In this document: positions 22,600-35,869 of the stretch, piece after piece
How the letters are laid out: every line of letters starts with the position of its first letter
How positions within the stretch are numbered: position 1 is the first letter of the stretch
NCBI GenBank assembly: GCA_036172245.1
Contig: JAYWIR010000006.1
Span: 1,550,001-1,614,000, forward strand
DNA: 64,000 nt
Direction of reading: 5' to 3'
From: Raillietiella orientalis
Lineage: Eukaryota
The notes under the pieces: model-generated
The model's database searches: none
Seen by the model: the letters and a program-made list of their open reading frames with translations, nothing else
What the model was told of the DNA's origin: nothing
Translations under genes and position numbers: made by a program

Positions 22600-24830
22600 G
22601 TCCACCTCCAGCCCTCGACGCAGGAAGACAAGGCGTCCCTGAAACCGGCAGCTGGTTCGAGGCCGGACGCTGCCTCCTTGTGCTTGGCCCGCGTGGGCCG
22701 CTGCGGACGTCACGCCGCTTCCGTTAGAGAGCGAGCGGGACGCCTTTATGGCGCCCGGAGCCGCTGGGGAAGGGGGAGGGGGGCGGCACGACGTGCTTCG
22801 CCGTGATCGAGGCGCGAGGCCGCGCGCCCGTGGTAGAGGCCATCATGATCGATGCCCTTGGCGCACGAGGTCCGAGTGGCGGAACCGCCCCGTTCGGTGC
22901 CGCGGGCTGGCAGCCGGAGCCACTCGGAACCCGCCGGGGCGTCTGTTCCGAGCCGCGCGACCCTGACTAGCTCTTCTCTTTTCTTCCCTTGCTCGCCCGG
23001 TAGGCAAACTCCGGCGCGGATGGGGAAGTTCTTGGGTTCCATCCGGACAGACGGATGCCCCACGGGGAGACCTGCTGCTGCTAACTAAGGATCTTGGAGG
23101 GGCCTGGGATGACTCGATGCGCCGCGTTCCTTTTCAGTTCTGACCCTCGGGTCATTCCTCCTGGAGCCGGCGATCGAGCGGTTAGCAGGTGACGCCGCCG
23201 CGCGCTCGCCGCTGTTGACGGTGACGTCCGTCGTGTCCTCGGCGGTGGGACCGCGCCTTCTGGAACGCTGCTCGTCACGCTGTGCTGGCTAGGGAGGGGG
23301 GGGGGGGGGGAAGGAAGGGTGGAGAAAAAAGCGACCTCGACCTTACCGCGTCGTGACGACGGTGGCCCCTCAGGGCAGAAGCAAGAAGGAGGGGAGCGGC
23401 GAGTTCCCGAGCCCTCTTGGAGAGACGCTCACGTCCCTTTCTTCGCCCTCCCCCTGCTTGACTCGCGAGTCCTCCTCGACGACGACTCGTTCCCTCCCTC
23501 CTTCGTCGGGGTCTGCTCATCCCGCCGCAGAGGCGCTCCCCAGGCATCGACCTGAGAGGAAGAAGATAAATTCAAAGGAGAAGATGCCTTTAATTGTAGA
23601 ATTAAAAGACTAGAGCATCGAAAGCTTAGGATTCCATAAATTATGGATGAAAGCAGGAAATGGGCCATTTCCCTAATGGAGAAAATCGGGGATCCAGGAA
23701 AAGTCGCAAACAACTCTCGGAGTAACCGAAACGGGAAGAGAGGAGAGGTTGTTCTCCAGGAATTATAAATCATAATACCCTGAAGAAGACGCGAGCTTGT
23801 GCGGGAGTCCTGGGAAGACCAGATTTAGAGTGGAGCCACCGATAGGGTGCCCGCCAACGGGAGCGGGCGGCCGTTTAGGGGCCCGTGGTTTTCGCCGACG
23901 AGCGTGGGAAATGAGAAACGAAATCCAAAGAGCACAACGGGAGAGAAAAGGGAGCGGGGGGCGAGGGTAATCAAGGGGGGGGGGGGGAAGGAAGAAGAAG
24001 GGGAGAGGGGGGGTGGGATTTTTCTCGACGTCTCTACCACCACGGTCCCTCTTTTCCCCGCACAGTTTCCTCGGGGCTTGCGTGGGAGCAGGAGGGCGCA
24101 CAGTCTGAAACACGCAGCGGCGAAGGCCATCACCCCATTTGCACGGCAGCGGCAGATTGTTGTCCCTCTGCCACCCCATGTTGTTGTTGTCTTTTCAAAT
24201 TACCTTGTAATGCTGCAGCGCTATTTTTAGCACCCTTGCGACCTCGGCTGACAAATAGAACGTGCAGAAATGATTTACTTCCTCCTCCTTATTCAAACAT
24301 CGGAATGCATCACTCCAAACAAGGAGCGCAGAGGAGGAGGTGTGGATGATGAAGAGGGGAGGGGAGGAGGGGGCGCCCTGCGGAGCCATCTGCTTCCGCC
24401 GTCGGCGCGCGCGCGCTGATGATCAGCCGGCAGCACGTTGACGAGCAGCAGCTCTCGTCCTTTGCGTCGCGGGCAGGAAAGATAGGCGGGTGCTGCCCGG
24501 CGAGCCTCCAGAGGACTGGAGAAGGGGAGGGGGAATGCGGAAGGCCCGTACCTCCCCTTCAAACGGGTCGCGCTCTCTTGAGTTTTTCTGCGGACCTCGT
24601 CCAGCGACCCTCTGCTTCTTGCTTGTCCCGAGGACCGGCGTCCTACTTGACCCCCCTCCGTTCTTTTTCTCGCCTCGTCGTGGGATGGGGGTGCTGCCCT
24701 ACTCTCGCCGAGCCTCGCCTGCATTGGGGGCCGGGAACTCACCGCTCTGTCTCCTTCCTTTGGCGCGCGGGCTTCCCTCCTTCCCTCTCCAAGGGGGGAA
24801 GCACGTACGCTGCATCCTTGACGCACGGAG
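22600..24830 (-). mobile_element. Ty3/gypsy RT-RH-INT remnant
   Basis: SLDEVRRKTQE...PSAFPLPFSSPL; LFGVMHSD (~VMPFGL); SSGYY; SPIFSIREMAHFLLSSIIYGI (RNase H start); RHLLTARS...HRVIPG; IRAGVCLPG and SIMMASTTG (integrase). Confidence 0.65.
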
Positions 24831-24899
24831 TGGTGGCATTTTGCCTCCAGGTCGACTCCTCACTCCGGAAGTAGTCGCGCCCTCGAGGCGACTGTCCCG

Positions 24900-26560
24900 C
24901 TCCTGTGATCGAACGGTCGGTCACTCCGGGAATCCTTCGGCAAAAGAAGGGGGAGCGAAGGGCAGGGGAACGGAAGCGGATGTGGGCACGAGAAGAGGAC
25001 GAGGAGATGGCGGGCGAGGCGTTCGGACGGGATCCAGGAGGGCGGCCCCTCTGGGACGAAAGGGTGGGCCAGCCGGAGGGCGCCCCCTGTGAGCACGACG
25101 GTGGCTCCCCTAGCAGGTGTCTTCCCTTCCCCCCCTTCCTCTCCCGACCTACACTCGGCGATAGCGCAGACCCCGAGAGGTGGCGGGGCGCGGACGCCCA
25201 CGGGGGCGATCGCCAGCAGGCTGGCGTCGTTCCCGGCGGGAAAAAAAAAAAAGGGGGATGCGGAGACCCGTATACTTGGACAGCCGCAGGACGCCGAGAG
25301 GAAGCGCCGCGAGACGGCTGGGGTGTGGCGCGGCGAGGGCGCAAACGGAAGACCTGCCGAGTCTGGTCGGATGATCCAGGATTATCCGCGCTCTACCAGC
25401 CTGTTTGCCCTAAAGCGGCCGAGATCCAGGGGGGTCTGCGATCCCGACGCTCGCTTCTTAGGGAACAGGAGTGGATATCCTGGAAGCGGATGGTGAACAC
25501 GGTAAGGAGGAAGGGAGGAGGAGGAGGAGACTTCCCAAATGGGGTTGTGGAGTTTTCGAGGGGCGGACGGAGCTGCGGTCTCCGGATGGCCCCAGAGAGA
25601 ATTTAGGCTGCTACTCTCGAGACGAGCGAAACCGGAGACCTCAGAGGGGGTTGACGAGCGACAGAGGCGCCACTCCCCCCTCTGCTCCACAGGGGTGGTC
25701 CTTTGAGAGCCTTGCGCGGGATGCGCTCGGTGGCGTAGGCAGCATCAGGAAGACTCGGGAAGGGAGGGCCACACCGCAAAGGACTGCTGCCGATTCTCCC
25801 CGTTCCTCCACTCCCCCTCCCCCATTGTTTCTACAATGGCGCCTTGTTTACGTCTTCGATCATCTCTCAATGCCGCTCGAGGAACGGCGGCGGCGCCATG
25901 CAGCCACCTTCTCTCCCTGCTCTTCCCCTTCGACTTCCCTCGTTCGTTCCGCAGCAGCGCGTCCTTCTTCTCCCCCCTCCCTTCCTCTTTGTCGGGAAAA
26001 ACCTTCTAAACGGTAGCCTCCCTAACGACCCTGGTCCAGACAGGTTCCATTTGTCGACCACGGTGGCGTTCGCAAGCCTCGGCGCTGGCTGGAGGAGAAT
26101 TTCCATTGGGCGCCTCGAACAGCTCCTTTCCGGGATGATGGAACCAGTCCTCGGTGGAATCTTCCCTGCAGCTTACGCGGCGCCACCATCCCCTTGCGTC
26201 GTCGGGTGTCATCGTCGTCACGTGTTCCTGTGAGGCAGCAGCCGGTCCTCCGGAGTCACGTGACCCGCTCGTATCAGCAGCGCTCGCCCGCACGCAGGGG
26301 AGCGTTGGCTGCGTGAAGGTCATTCGTTGATGGGTTCTCTCGCCCGAGGAGCGGCGGAAGTTATCACCCTCCCCTCCCCACCTTGCCCCCCCCGCTCGCC
26401 CTCGGAACTCTCCTCCGCTGCTGCTTTCCTTTCTTCCTCGGAATGCCTTTCTTTCCACCCCGTTTCCATCGGAAAGGCAGTCCCCAGCATCCCCCGCATC
26501 GAGGAGGAACAGGGAGATTCTCTCCACAGCAGAGAGAGGGAGACGGAGGAGAGGAAAAAA
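24900..26560 (-). mobile_element. Ty3/gypsy protease-RT-RH remnant
   Basis: LFLLDAG (protease-like); DARGWWRRVSCREDSTEDWFHHPGKELFE (~DLKSGYWQ...ED.PKTAF.TP.GLFE); ALGQTGW (~FLGLTGYY); TVVLTGG...SERLARHLLVL (~GRLARWLLLL). Confidence 0.7.
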
Positions 26561-27099
26561 AAACGTCCATCCCCTCTCCCTCTTCTCAAATTCTCTTGCG
26601 TATTTTTCTCTTCCCTGTTTCCTTCCCTTAATTATCGTTCCAGCTTGCTTGTCAGTTTCCCGAGCATGCGGCGGTGGCGGCGGTGAATTCCCGTTCCTTC
26701 CAGAGTGAATTGACAATCTTCCAGTTCCCCGAGCAGAAGAGGGGTTGCGCTCCTCCGATCGCGTCCCATGAATCACGCGCCTTCTCCTTCCCCTCCCCTT
26801 TCTCCTCGGCGGCGGTCTCCGCGTGGTGCCTTCAGCACGCTCCTTCCGAAGTGCATTCTTCTGCTCTTCCCTTCCTCCTCCTCCTCTTACCCCCCTCCCT
26901 GTCTGACCATCTCCTAACCCCTTCTGGGCTGCCGCCAAGAGACCCCGAGCCCTCAAGCTCGCCGGACTGGATGTCGGTCTTTCCTCTTGAGGTCGCGTTT
27001 TCCTCCTCCTCCAGCCTCCAGAAGTGTATGCCTGCTTCGGCCTTCGATACGCCTCCGAATGCCCCCTGAGACCCTTCGGGAAGCGCTGCTAGAGAGCCA

Positions 27100-28000
27100 G
27101 CTTCACTCGGCACCTGCGTTGCCCCTCACACCCCTGCTCCCTTTCCCTTCGGGATACTGCTGTGTTCCACGGTCCCAAGCTTGTCTTGGGCCGCCGTCTT
27201 CGCGCGATCCTTGCTTCACGCTCCTTCTCTTGGAGGATGGCAGCGTCTTCCTCGCTGCTTTCCTTCCCTTCGGGTTACTCCTTGGACCTTCTCGAGGAGC
27301 GGCCTTGTCGCTCTGCCCTCCGAGTGTTTCCTTCCTTTGCGAACAAGCCCTCGCCTTCAGTACTACGCTGCGATGCCTTTGCTGCCTTCTTGCAGGAGTA
27401 GGGGGAAGGGAACGAAGGACCGATACAGGCGAGGGGCGGGACCCAAACATCTCGTCCAGTTTCAAAAGGTAGTCCAAGTCGGCATGCTGGCCACCAGGTG
27501 GGTGACGTCGTAGCCAAATGTCAAGCTGATGAAGAAAGGATTCATTTTCCAGGGGAAGGAGGGGTCGGGATGCAATAAAGCAATCAAAGGGAGTGGGGCT
27601 TCCTCTTCGGCGCCTTCGGAGGAAGGGAGATCATTCATTTCGAAGATCATCAGACCATCATCCATCGATGCTCCATCTCCCTGGAGGCGGTCGACCAGGT
27701 GTGTCCCTAGCTCTGACGACGACGGCACGCTGCTTGCTTCCGGCAAACGGATGTGGCTCGAAGGGGAGGGCTCAGGATTCGGGGTGGTGCTGGTGCAGCC
27801 CTCTGCTTCATCCGGAGCACGGCCGAGGCGATGGGTCCAGCATGCGCATCCTTCGATGAATTGGACATTGGCTGCATCATCATCTTCCTCTGCATGTCTT
27901 AGGCGTGCAGAACTTTCACATCTCTCAAGATCTCGTCGTTTCTGGGATCTCGGAATCCCAGAGCTTCCACCGCAACCGGAACCTTCTCGGTGGTGTGCAG
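27100..28000 (-). mobile_element. LTR-retroelement integrase remnant
   Basis: CSQC zinc-finger remnant, PGRWSIDG (~PFxxWxID) and DYLLKLDEMFGSRPSPVS (~FLxxxIxxRFGxPxxIVS). Confidence 0.45.
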
Positions 28001-28299
28001 CTTTCCTGTCACTGCCTCCGGGACTTTTCCCGAATTGAGCCTTCGTGTTTTTGACCTTGCCAGTTTAAGAACCCCTACTCCCTCCCCCCTTTGCTGTTTT
28101 TTTACTAAGAGTCAGATGAGGCGCGAACGGATAACCCACACGAATGAGTGTCACCGCTCTTCGGATAGTTCTGGTGCAGCCTGAGGGCGCTCGAGGCCTT
28201 GTCCACTTCTGCTGTGCAGCAGGAAGTCTTCCGCCCAGTAGGTAGGCTTCTGTGACCCACATCCTCTTGGGGAGGACGGTGGCTAGGAGAGCGGCGATC

Positions 28300-29950
28300 G
28301 CGAGAGCCGGAGCCTGAGGGGTTCCATCGCATCTCCTGCAGGGGAACTCGGCCGCCGAGGTGCTGCGCTGGGCCGAATTCACCCTCCTTCAGCTGGTCTA
28401 CGCGACCCGCGTCCGGCATCCACGGACTCCTGCCGTTACGCTCCGCAGTCCACCGTCAGGCGGGGAGGTACGCGGGTTCTGCAGCGGAAGGGTGACTTGG
28501 GGCCTCTGGCTCAGTCTCTCGAGAGCGGTTCCGAGGACTTCGGCCTCATTGTCCGCAGCTGGTTTGGAGTGCCACCTGGTGGGGGTCGGCTGCTGTTCGT
28601 TCCGGCTGCCCGAAAGGAGCGGCGGTGGATGCTCCGGAGAGCCTGGAGAAGCGGCGTGCAAACTTTAAACTTCCTGCATCAGGGAAGGACTGCTCCCCCG
28701 CATCCTATCACGAAGCAACCGGGGTCGCAGCGGGTGTCCCGAACGATCTGGCGCGAGTTTCCATCAGCCCGTGAAGGATGCCGGAAGGTCGTTTTTCTCT
28801 CCTCTCTCCCCCGAACTCTTTCCGCTTCGCTGTGTCCTCGCAGTCTGCGCATCGGGCCGGGTTCCTCTTCCTCTGAGGACGGGCGCAAGAAAGGAAGGAG
28901 GGGAGGGAGGCTTCTGGGTAAAGGAGTAGCGTGCTCTTCGCCTACGGGATCGTCCGGGCGAGTAACACGGGAAAGGGAGGAGGAGGAAGAGAGGGAGCAG
29001 GAGGAGGATTGCCGATTCGTCTCCTGAGCAGGATGTGTCGCGCACAAGGCACCTCGGGGATCCCACCGGGGTAGACCTTCCCTGCCTTGGGATCCCGAAG
29101 GGACCTCAGGCAAGCCGGAGTTGATGCACCCTTCGAAGGGTACGGACGACGACGGATCCTTCTGTTTTCGAACGGTCTGCTCCGACCCGGGATCCGGGAA
29201 GCAGAGAATCTCTGAGCGAGGAAATCGGGAGCGGTTCCTATCCAATCCCGACCATCCCATCATGAAGATTGTAGACGAAAAATCACGTGCCTCGCTCTCA
29301 GTTGGATTTCCTTCCGGGACGTCATTCCCCAACACGGCGCGTGCCGGGAAGTGGACGGAGAGAGAAGCGTCGTGACGCGGGAGTTCCCGCGCGTGCCGAG
29401 GGCGCGGAACGAAGCCCGTCCTCCGTCTCCCGGTCTTGCGGGCGATGGCGTCGGAGTTCGCGTCGGGCGGGTCGATTCGCCACGCGGTGTCGGCAGCGGC
29501 GCGTGCACGCTCGTCTCACGGCGAGCGCCGCGAGGCCTCTCGCGGCCGAAGCAACGTGGTGGAGATGGGAGAGGGAGCGGAGGGGAGAAGAACGGAAGTT
29601 CCTCTCGGCTGGAGGGGGAGGACAGCTCGGATCTGCGCCGGGGGAGCCGAGCGAGGCGGCGTCGGGCTGCACGGCTGCAGCGCTCTTCCTCGAATTCGTG
29701 TGGCGCGCTTTCCGAGGGGGCGTGCTCATGCCGCTGCCCGGGCATCGGCGGGCGCAGGCCAACACGCCCCGCACGTCTTGGGTGGCGATAGTCGCGTGCT
29801 CGCGACTGGCGCTGCTCTCTCCCACCGCGATGCGCTCGAAGATGCCCTCCGAGGTGCTGGTCGCAACTTTCCTCGAGACTTGTCCGGGTGCGCCTGCTTC
29901 ACGAACTACGTAGATCAAGGTGACGTAACTGCCTCCTCCACCTCCTCCAC
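28300..29950 (-). mobile_element. Ty3/gypsy integrase plus chromodomain remnant
   Basis: TQDVRGVLACARRC; EARDFSSTIFMMGWSGLDRNRSRF (~A.LF...G.P..I.SDRD.RF); HLGGRVPLQEMRWNP (chromodomain-like, ~28340). Confidence 0.6.
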
Positions 29951-30329
29951 TCCTTTTTCGTGTCTCCTTTCGTGATGTCTTGCTGAGCTTCGCCGGCCTT
30001 CTTCACGGTCCTTCCACTGCCAGACTTTGGAGGCCACCACGCCCCTCCGGTTCCTGCTACGCGCACACCACTCGCCGGGCGAAGGTTGCGCACGCGACAC
30101 CACACCTGGCAACGCTGCTCATGTAACCGGAGGAGTAACGTTCCCGGTAGACTGACAGTACTGTCCGCCTCCACCAGACGGTGCTCCTCCGTCCGTGAGG
30201 GAGATCTCCAAGCTCAGGAAGGAGAGTCCATCCTCCTCTGTGAGCGGTCCAGAAGGCGACTTGTCAGTTCAGTCGACGGCATCTCCCAAGAAGACGGCAC
30301 GGAATTGACTGCACGGAATTGACGACGCG

Positions 30330-31250
30330 GCTTTCTCCCCGGGAGAACCCTCTTTTATTTCTCTCTCTCTTTGGTGGACGCCGGGTCGGGACTTTTCGCT
30401 CCCGTCCAAAGTTCACGAGGAGTCGTTCCTTCCTACCCAGGTGCTCGAGTCCAATCGTCGTTGTGTGGCAACCGGAGCTGAGGAAGGGCGCGGTCGCTCC
30501 GTACTTTTGACGGGAGCGGTGCCAGTTCATGCGCTTCCATGGCATCCACGGAGTCCTGTTTTCACAAGTGCACTCTGACTTATGGAATCGCCGACGCTTG
30601 CGGTTGCCACAAGACGACGAGCAGCCGGTTGTGAAGTGAGCGAAGAGCGCGCGAAGGCGGATCTTCCCCGGCCGCAGCGGTGTGAGAAGGTGGCATGTTT
30701 GAGGCCTCCCCGTTTGGGCTTCCGCCTGCATGTCTGGATGCGCTGCATCCCGGCTGGAGGGAGGGAGAGGGCAAAGGGTGCGCTGCAGACCAGTAGAGGG
30801 GCATAGGGGGTCCCGAATTCGAATGGAGGGCAACGGGGAACGAAATTCTGCCGAGGAGGAGGAGGAAGACAGGTGGAAGAGAGGAAGAGAAGAGGAAGAT
30901 AGGAAGGGTAGAGGAGGAAGAGAGGAACAGAAAAGCAGGAAGGCAGGAGGAAGGGAAAACGAGGAGGAGGACGAGATAGGAAGGGAGGAGCGAGAGGAGG
31001 AGGAACGCGCTGCCAGAAGACGGGAAGTGCCTTCCTCCCGTCTCGCGGAGCTTTGTGGCGGGGTCGGAGGAGAGTGAAGCGCCCCCTCGTCCCTCCTCCA
31101 TCCCCTCTTAAAGCAGAAGCGCCTCCATACCTCCCCTTCACCCTTTCGCCATCTTGCTGGATCCGACCACTTGATGTGCCTCCTTGAACTCCTTGCTTGT
31201 CTTGGTATCCGCTGCTTTTGCACTGAAGAAGAGCGAGGGCGAAGGGACGA
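30330..31250 (+). mobile_element. Ty3/gypsy integrase remnant
   Basis: PKFTRSRSFLP...VAPYF*RERCQFMRFHG (~DRFTKxxxFxP...AxLF...VxRxHG), interrupted by a GA-rich tract at 30850-31005. Confidence 0.55.
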
Positions 31251-31489
31251 TCGATCCGTGACCTTCCCCCCTTTCCTCCCCTCGCTCGCCCTTTCCTCCC
31301 TCTCGCCAAAAAAAAATCCGCGCTCCGAGGTTCCCGGCAGCCCACGCAGAGACTCTCCTTGTTTGTTTGTGACGTGAGCCGTCACTGGACCTCTGTTCAA
31401 GGAAATTCCACGGGGAGAAAAAATCACTCCTGGGTGTGTTGCGTTTCCGTGGACACCCGTGCAGCAGCAGCAGCAGCAGCCGAGGCGGC

Positions 31490-32450
31490 AGCGGCAAACA
31501 CGGCGGATGTTTTCGATCTGCGGAACAAAAGCTGGTCGCTTCGACTGTCCCGGAGACGATGCGGCGCTATCGCTCGAACCTGAGGGAACATCGGGTGCGC
31601 ATCATTCCAGGCCCCCCCTCCTCCCTCCACCCCACCCCGCCTCACCCCAACTCCCCACTCCCAGCAGAAGAGGGAGGCCCAGAGGGGAAGCTGGAGGCAA
31701 CGCGCTCCTCGCGGTCCGCACCGTTCGCGTCCGCCAAGGTCACCCGTTGTCCGGGGCCATTCCGACGATGAACGCCAGAGGCCTCTCTCTCGAGGGAAGC
31801 GAACCACGATGGGAAGAGGCCCTTTCGGGACACTTTGAAGCGGATCTGCGAATGAACGGGCTGAGGTGTGGGAACCGGGAGGAGGAGCAAAAGGAGGAGG
31901 AGGAGGCTCTCTCCCTCCTCTACTCTCCTGGAAGGGTTGATTTCCTGCTTCCCCCCACGCGAAGGTTTCCTGGATCGATCGCGCAGTTGCCAGAGCCGGA
32001 AGGGAAGTCCCCGCTTCGCACGCTCTGGGACACCGCATCAACGGGGCAGGGGGTAGGGACTGCGGCCAATAGGGGAGGAGGAGAGGCGGAGGAGGAGGGA
32101 GAGGTGGAAAAGCAAAATGGCGGAGGGGACTGATGGAGCAGGAGGAAGCCTCGTGCTGCCCTCGCGTCCCACCGTGCTGCATCCCCGACCGTCCCTAACG
32201 TTCCTGATTGTTCCTTCAAAGAGCCACCCTCATATCTCCTCTTTCCCAGGGTCGATGGCGCTGTCATGGGTCCCTCAATAGCAGCAGGCAGGGCCTTGCT
32301 CCTGGCGGGGCGAATCCTCGTTTCCGCGCACGGGGCAGGCAGCATGCACGAAACGGCCGTCGGACGTGCGCATCGTCATCCCGAAGGCATGTGCGTGTGC
32401 TGACCGAAGTTCCGGGTTGTCGTGGAAACTGAAGCGAACCTCGCGACGGT
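31490..32450 (+). mobile_element. Ty3/gypsy RT-RH remnant
   Basis: MFSICGTKAGRFDCPGDDAALS (~LFVxKKDGxxRxCxDYxALN); APFAS...IPTMN; EEALSGHFEADLRMNGL; RVDFL; FKEPPSYLLFPRVD. Confidence 0.6.
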
Positions 32451-32699
32451 GAGGGAACAGAGGAGAGGGGCAATGCCGCGCACTTCTGGGCGCAAGATGC
32501 AGAGGAAGCAGGGAGTTGGACAGAATGAGGGGGAAGAGGGAAGTCAGCAGGCAGACACAAGTGACCCTCCCCATCTCCACCCTTCATTCTTCTCCGAAAC
32601 GGATGATGGCCCCCGGGGGAACCGCCAGAGGACCTTCTAGCGTCGACTACGTGCGAGGGGTGCAGCCGCAAAGCAAGCAGAGCTGAGGAGCGCGCTACG

Positions 32700-35300
32700 G
32701 GCGGAGGATTCGAGTAGGGGGGGGGGATAGAGGAAGGGAGAGCGCGCGGGTCCTTCGTCCTTCGCCTCTTCCTCCCAAGAGCGCCTCCCAGGGTGGGTTC
32801 ACCTGCGCTTCTCCGCCGTCCGTCCTCCGGACCAGGAAATCCCCCGGCCCTGTTTCACGCCTGCGGGGACGTCTCGCGCGGGACTGGAGGATGCTGGTGG
32901 TCCCAAACATTCCCTAGAGGGAAACGGAGGGCTCGAAACGTGCCCCGCCTGCTCCCGGCGAGCCCGCGCGCGCGCACTCTCCGGTACGGCGGTCGTGTCG
33001 CCTCCACGGTCGGTTCAGAGGGGCGCTCACGAGCAGCCTTCCCCCCCCCCCGTCTCCCTTTTTCCCGCGGCGAAAGTCCCTGCGGCCGTCCTGGCTTCCC
33101 GATGCTCCGTGGGAGCTGTGGATTGGAGTCATCGGCTCCCTTAGGGGCTCCGGACTCTGCCCGCGGTGTGCCCGGCGTCCCTCCTTCCGCACACACTCCT
33201 CGAGCGAAACGTTGGGCGAAGGGACGAGCGTAAGGAGGCGCGTCCTCGGCAGCAAAATCCTCCTTCCGGATCGCCCACATCCCTGTGTTCCGGGGGGAGC
33301 GCGTTCGAGATCGGAAGAAGCAGGCAAAGCTGAGCGGCAAGGACGGGAGTCAGCGATGAGGGCGTCCTTGAAACGCAGAAGAGGAGACGTAGACTCGACG
33401 CAGCCAAGAGTCCTGCGCAGGTGGACGGGGAACGAGCGTCCCCATTGGTAGGAGGTGTGGATCGACCACAGAAGGGGATGGGGGGGGAGTGAAAGGTCAG
33501 GTCGTGGACGAAACCTGCGACCGACCTTTGTAGCACCAACTCATGGATGAGGAGCGTGCGGAAACCACGGGTGTTCAGCACGCGCACGTGCCGGTGTGAA
33601 TGGGGGGGGGGGGGGAAGAACCGTGGGCTCACGAGGGACTTCGAAGACCCTTCTCGGGTACAGCAGCAGGATGTCTTCCCTCCTCCCTCTCAGCAGCCTC
33701 ATCTCCGAGGGAGCCGGTCGTGGGGTGGCGGCCTCAGGCAGCACTCCCTCGTCTCAAAGGGATGTGGGGAGAACGCGCGTTCCTCGTCTCCTGTTCCCCC
33801 AGCTCGAGAGGGGCTGGATGGGAGGATTCAACTTTCCGAGACCTTCCCCGGGTCAGAGAGCAGCTCCCTCTCTCCGGCGGGTCTCTTGGAGGGAAGAGGG
33901 TTCGCGGGGGAAGGTTTTCCCACCTCCCATAGAGTTCCCTTCACCTTTCCCTCCCCTTCGCCTTGACCCTCCGGGCTGCAGATTGCAGCAGAAAGGTACC
34001 GAGGGCCTGGGGAACTTGTAGGGAGGGTCTCCCCCTCTCCGGGACTCTCGAGAGCGCCTGACAGTTCCGCAATCGGTCATCCGGTCTCTCCCTCCTCCCT
34101 GAGGCAAGAGCGTGAGGCTCGTTCGCCGAGAGGCATGCGGGTAGGCAGGGAGGGCAGAGGAGGAATGGACTTCAAGGTCGCGCCCTTAGATCGGCCCTCG
34201 AGGCGTCGCCTTCGGTGCCGGAGAGGGAGGGCGCGGACCGGGTCTCCCTCTTCCTGCTCCTTTCGCCCTTTGCTGCAAGGGAAGAGGAGGAAGGGGGAAT
34301 CTCCTCTCGTGTCTTCCGGCTCGGTCGGGGTCGGGGTAGGTGCAAAGGAAGGCGACCGCACGACCCTGCCTGGCCCTCGCCATCCGGGGCCGCCGTGCGC
34401 CGCGCAAGAACGACGAGGGAGCCCTCTCCTCCCCCTCCTCCCCCCTTCGACTTCCAAACGGCAGGGCCGCCCAGCCGGAGCTGCACGCCCCAAGCACTCT
34501 TCGTTGTGCAGCGAGGCCCTCAACCCTTTGCCTCCGGGCGCTTTCGCGTTCCTGACCGCGCTCTCCGAGCCGGCGGCGATCCCGCGCTGCCTCCGCCTCC
34601 GGGAACGAGGTAGCCCCACTCCCCTTTGGTGCCGGCATGCGGGTGGCCGCTCGGACGACTCGGCGTCCCCCCTCTCCGAGGGGAAGATGCTACGTGAGCT
34701 CATGGAGTGTGGCATTTCCATCGCCCCGGGGCAGCACCCTCGCTCCTGCGTCTATAACGCCAGCGGACCGAGACGCGGTGTGGGCGGGGCGTCCGCCCGC
34801 GACCTCTGCAGGAGGAAACAAGAAGGCTGGGAAGCTAGAAAAGACCAGGCCTTTTCCAAGAGACACCTCTGGCATCCAGAGGTCAGGGGAAGCGAAGGAA
34901 GCGGAGGAGGAGAGAGTGATCTCGGGAGGCGAGACCAACCGCTTGGATTTCGGGAGGATTTCGGGAACTTGCCGAGGATTTCGGGAACGACTCGGTCTCA
35001 TCCCTCTCCCTCTGCTGCCATCCCACGACCTTCCCTCTTCTCCACAGGATGCTCGTTGGCGGCGGCGGTTCCTCCGGGTAGGGTGGCCCTCGGTTCGAGT
35101 CAGCCGCCTGACTTCGACGAGCTCACGCCTTCAGTCTTCGAGTGCAGCTCTTCCGGTTTGGGTTCCAGCTCTTCAGCGCACCAGTTGCCTCCTCCGGATG
35201 CTCCCAGCGCGAGGGCAGCCGGTCCATGAAGGTGCTTCCTGTTACCTTCCTCCAGGGTGACCGGGGTGAGGCGGCGGCCTCCTCTCGAAGGAGCTCAGAC
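32700..35300 (-). mobile_element. Ty3/gypsy RT-RH-INT remnant
   Basis: FRTLLIHELVLQRSVAGFVHDLT (integrase zinc-finger region, ~33540), CAGLLAAS, LLLYPRRVFEV (RNase H end). RT remnants upstream are weak. Confidence 0.5.
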
Positions 35301-35869
35301 GCCGGTGATCCGGACCGGTTCTGCTGCGCTCGCTCTTCGAAGAAGGGAGGCGCTCTCACGCCCCAGCGGCATGCGCGTGCAGGCGAAGCGCGGCTCCGCG
35401 GGCTCGTTCGGCGCAGAAAGGGCGCGGGAGAGAGGTGAAGACGTCGCCGAGTCCCTGATTTCCGTGGGGCCTCTCCCGGTTCGCATGACCCCTGCGCCGC
35501 GAAGAAGCGAAACCCTCGGAGTTCGGGAGGACACGCCTGTCCGAACCACGGAAGAGCAGTACAGGGTGGCTCCCGAGTGGTAGAGGAGGGCGCCGTCCAT
35601 TCTCACCGGAAGCGGAAGGGGAGCGATTCGAGGAGCCTCCATCTTCTTCCTCGAAGGGCTGGGGGGGGGGGAGACACCGAGAGCGAAGGCGCTCCCGGAG
35701 GCATGGCCGGAAGCGCGCGAGGGAGGGTGGCTGGGGAGAGGTTCAATCGCGCTCGCTTACCCGCGGTTGGCGGGAGAACCTAGGAAGATCGAGGATGCTC
35801 ACCGCCCCACCGGTGTCGGTTTCCGCGGGAACGGGAGCGACGGGGGAGGGAGGAGGACCCGAGGGTGCA

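Noticed and set aside
21978..24828. Direct repeats as the LTR pair of a small element (also 2861/6565 and 46365/48459)
   Set aside because: There are no TG...CA ends, PBS or PPT, and the repeats translate to pol motif remnants.
30264..31427. 387-aa ORF, and similar long ORFs at 34135-35229, 20323-21426, 41471-42556 and 42822-43790, as real genes
   Set aside because: They are R/P/S/G-rich with no coherent domain, cross microsatellites and element boundaries, and are often antisense to TE remnants. Such ORFs are expected in high-GC DNA.
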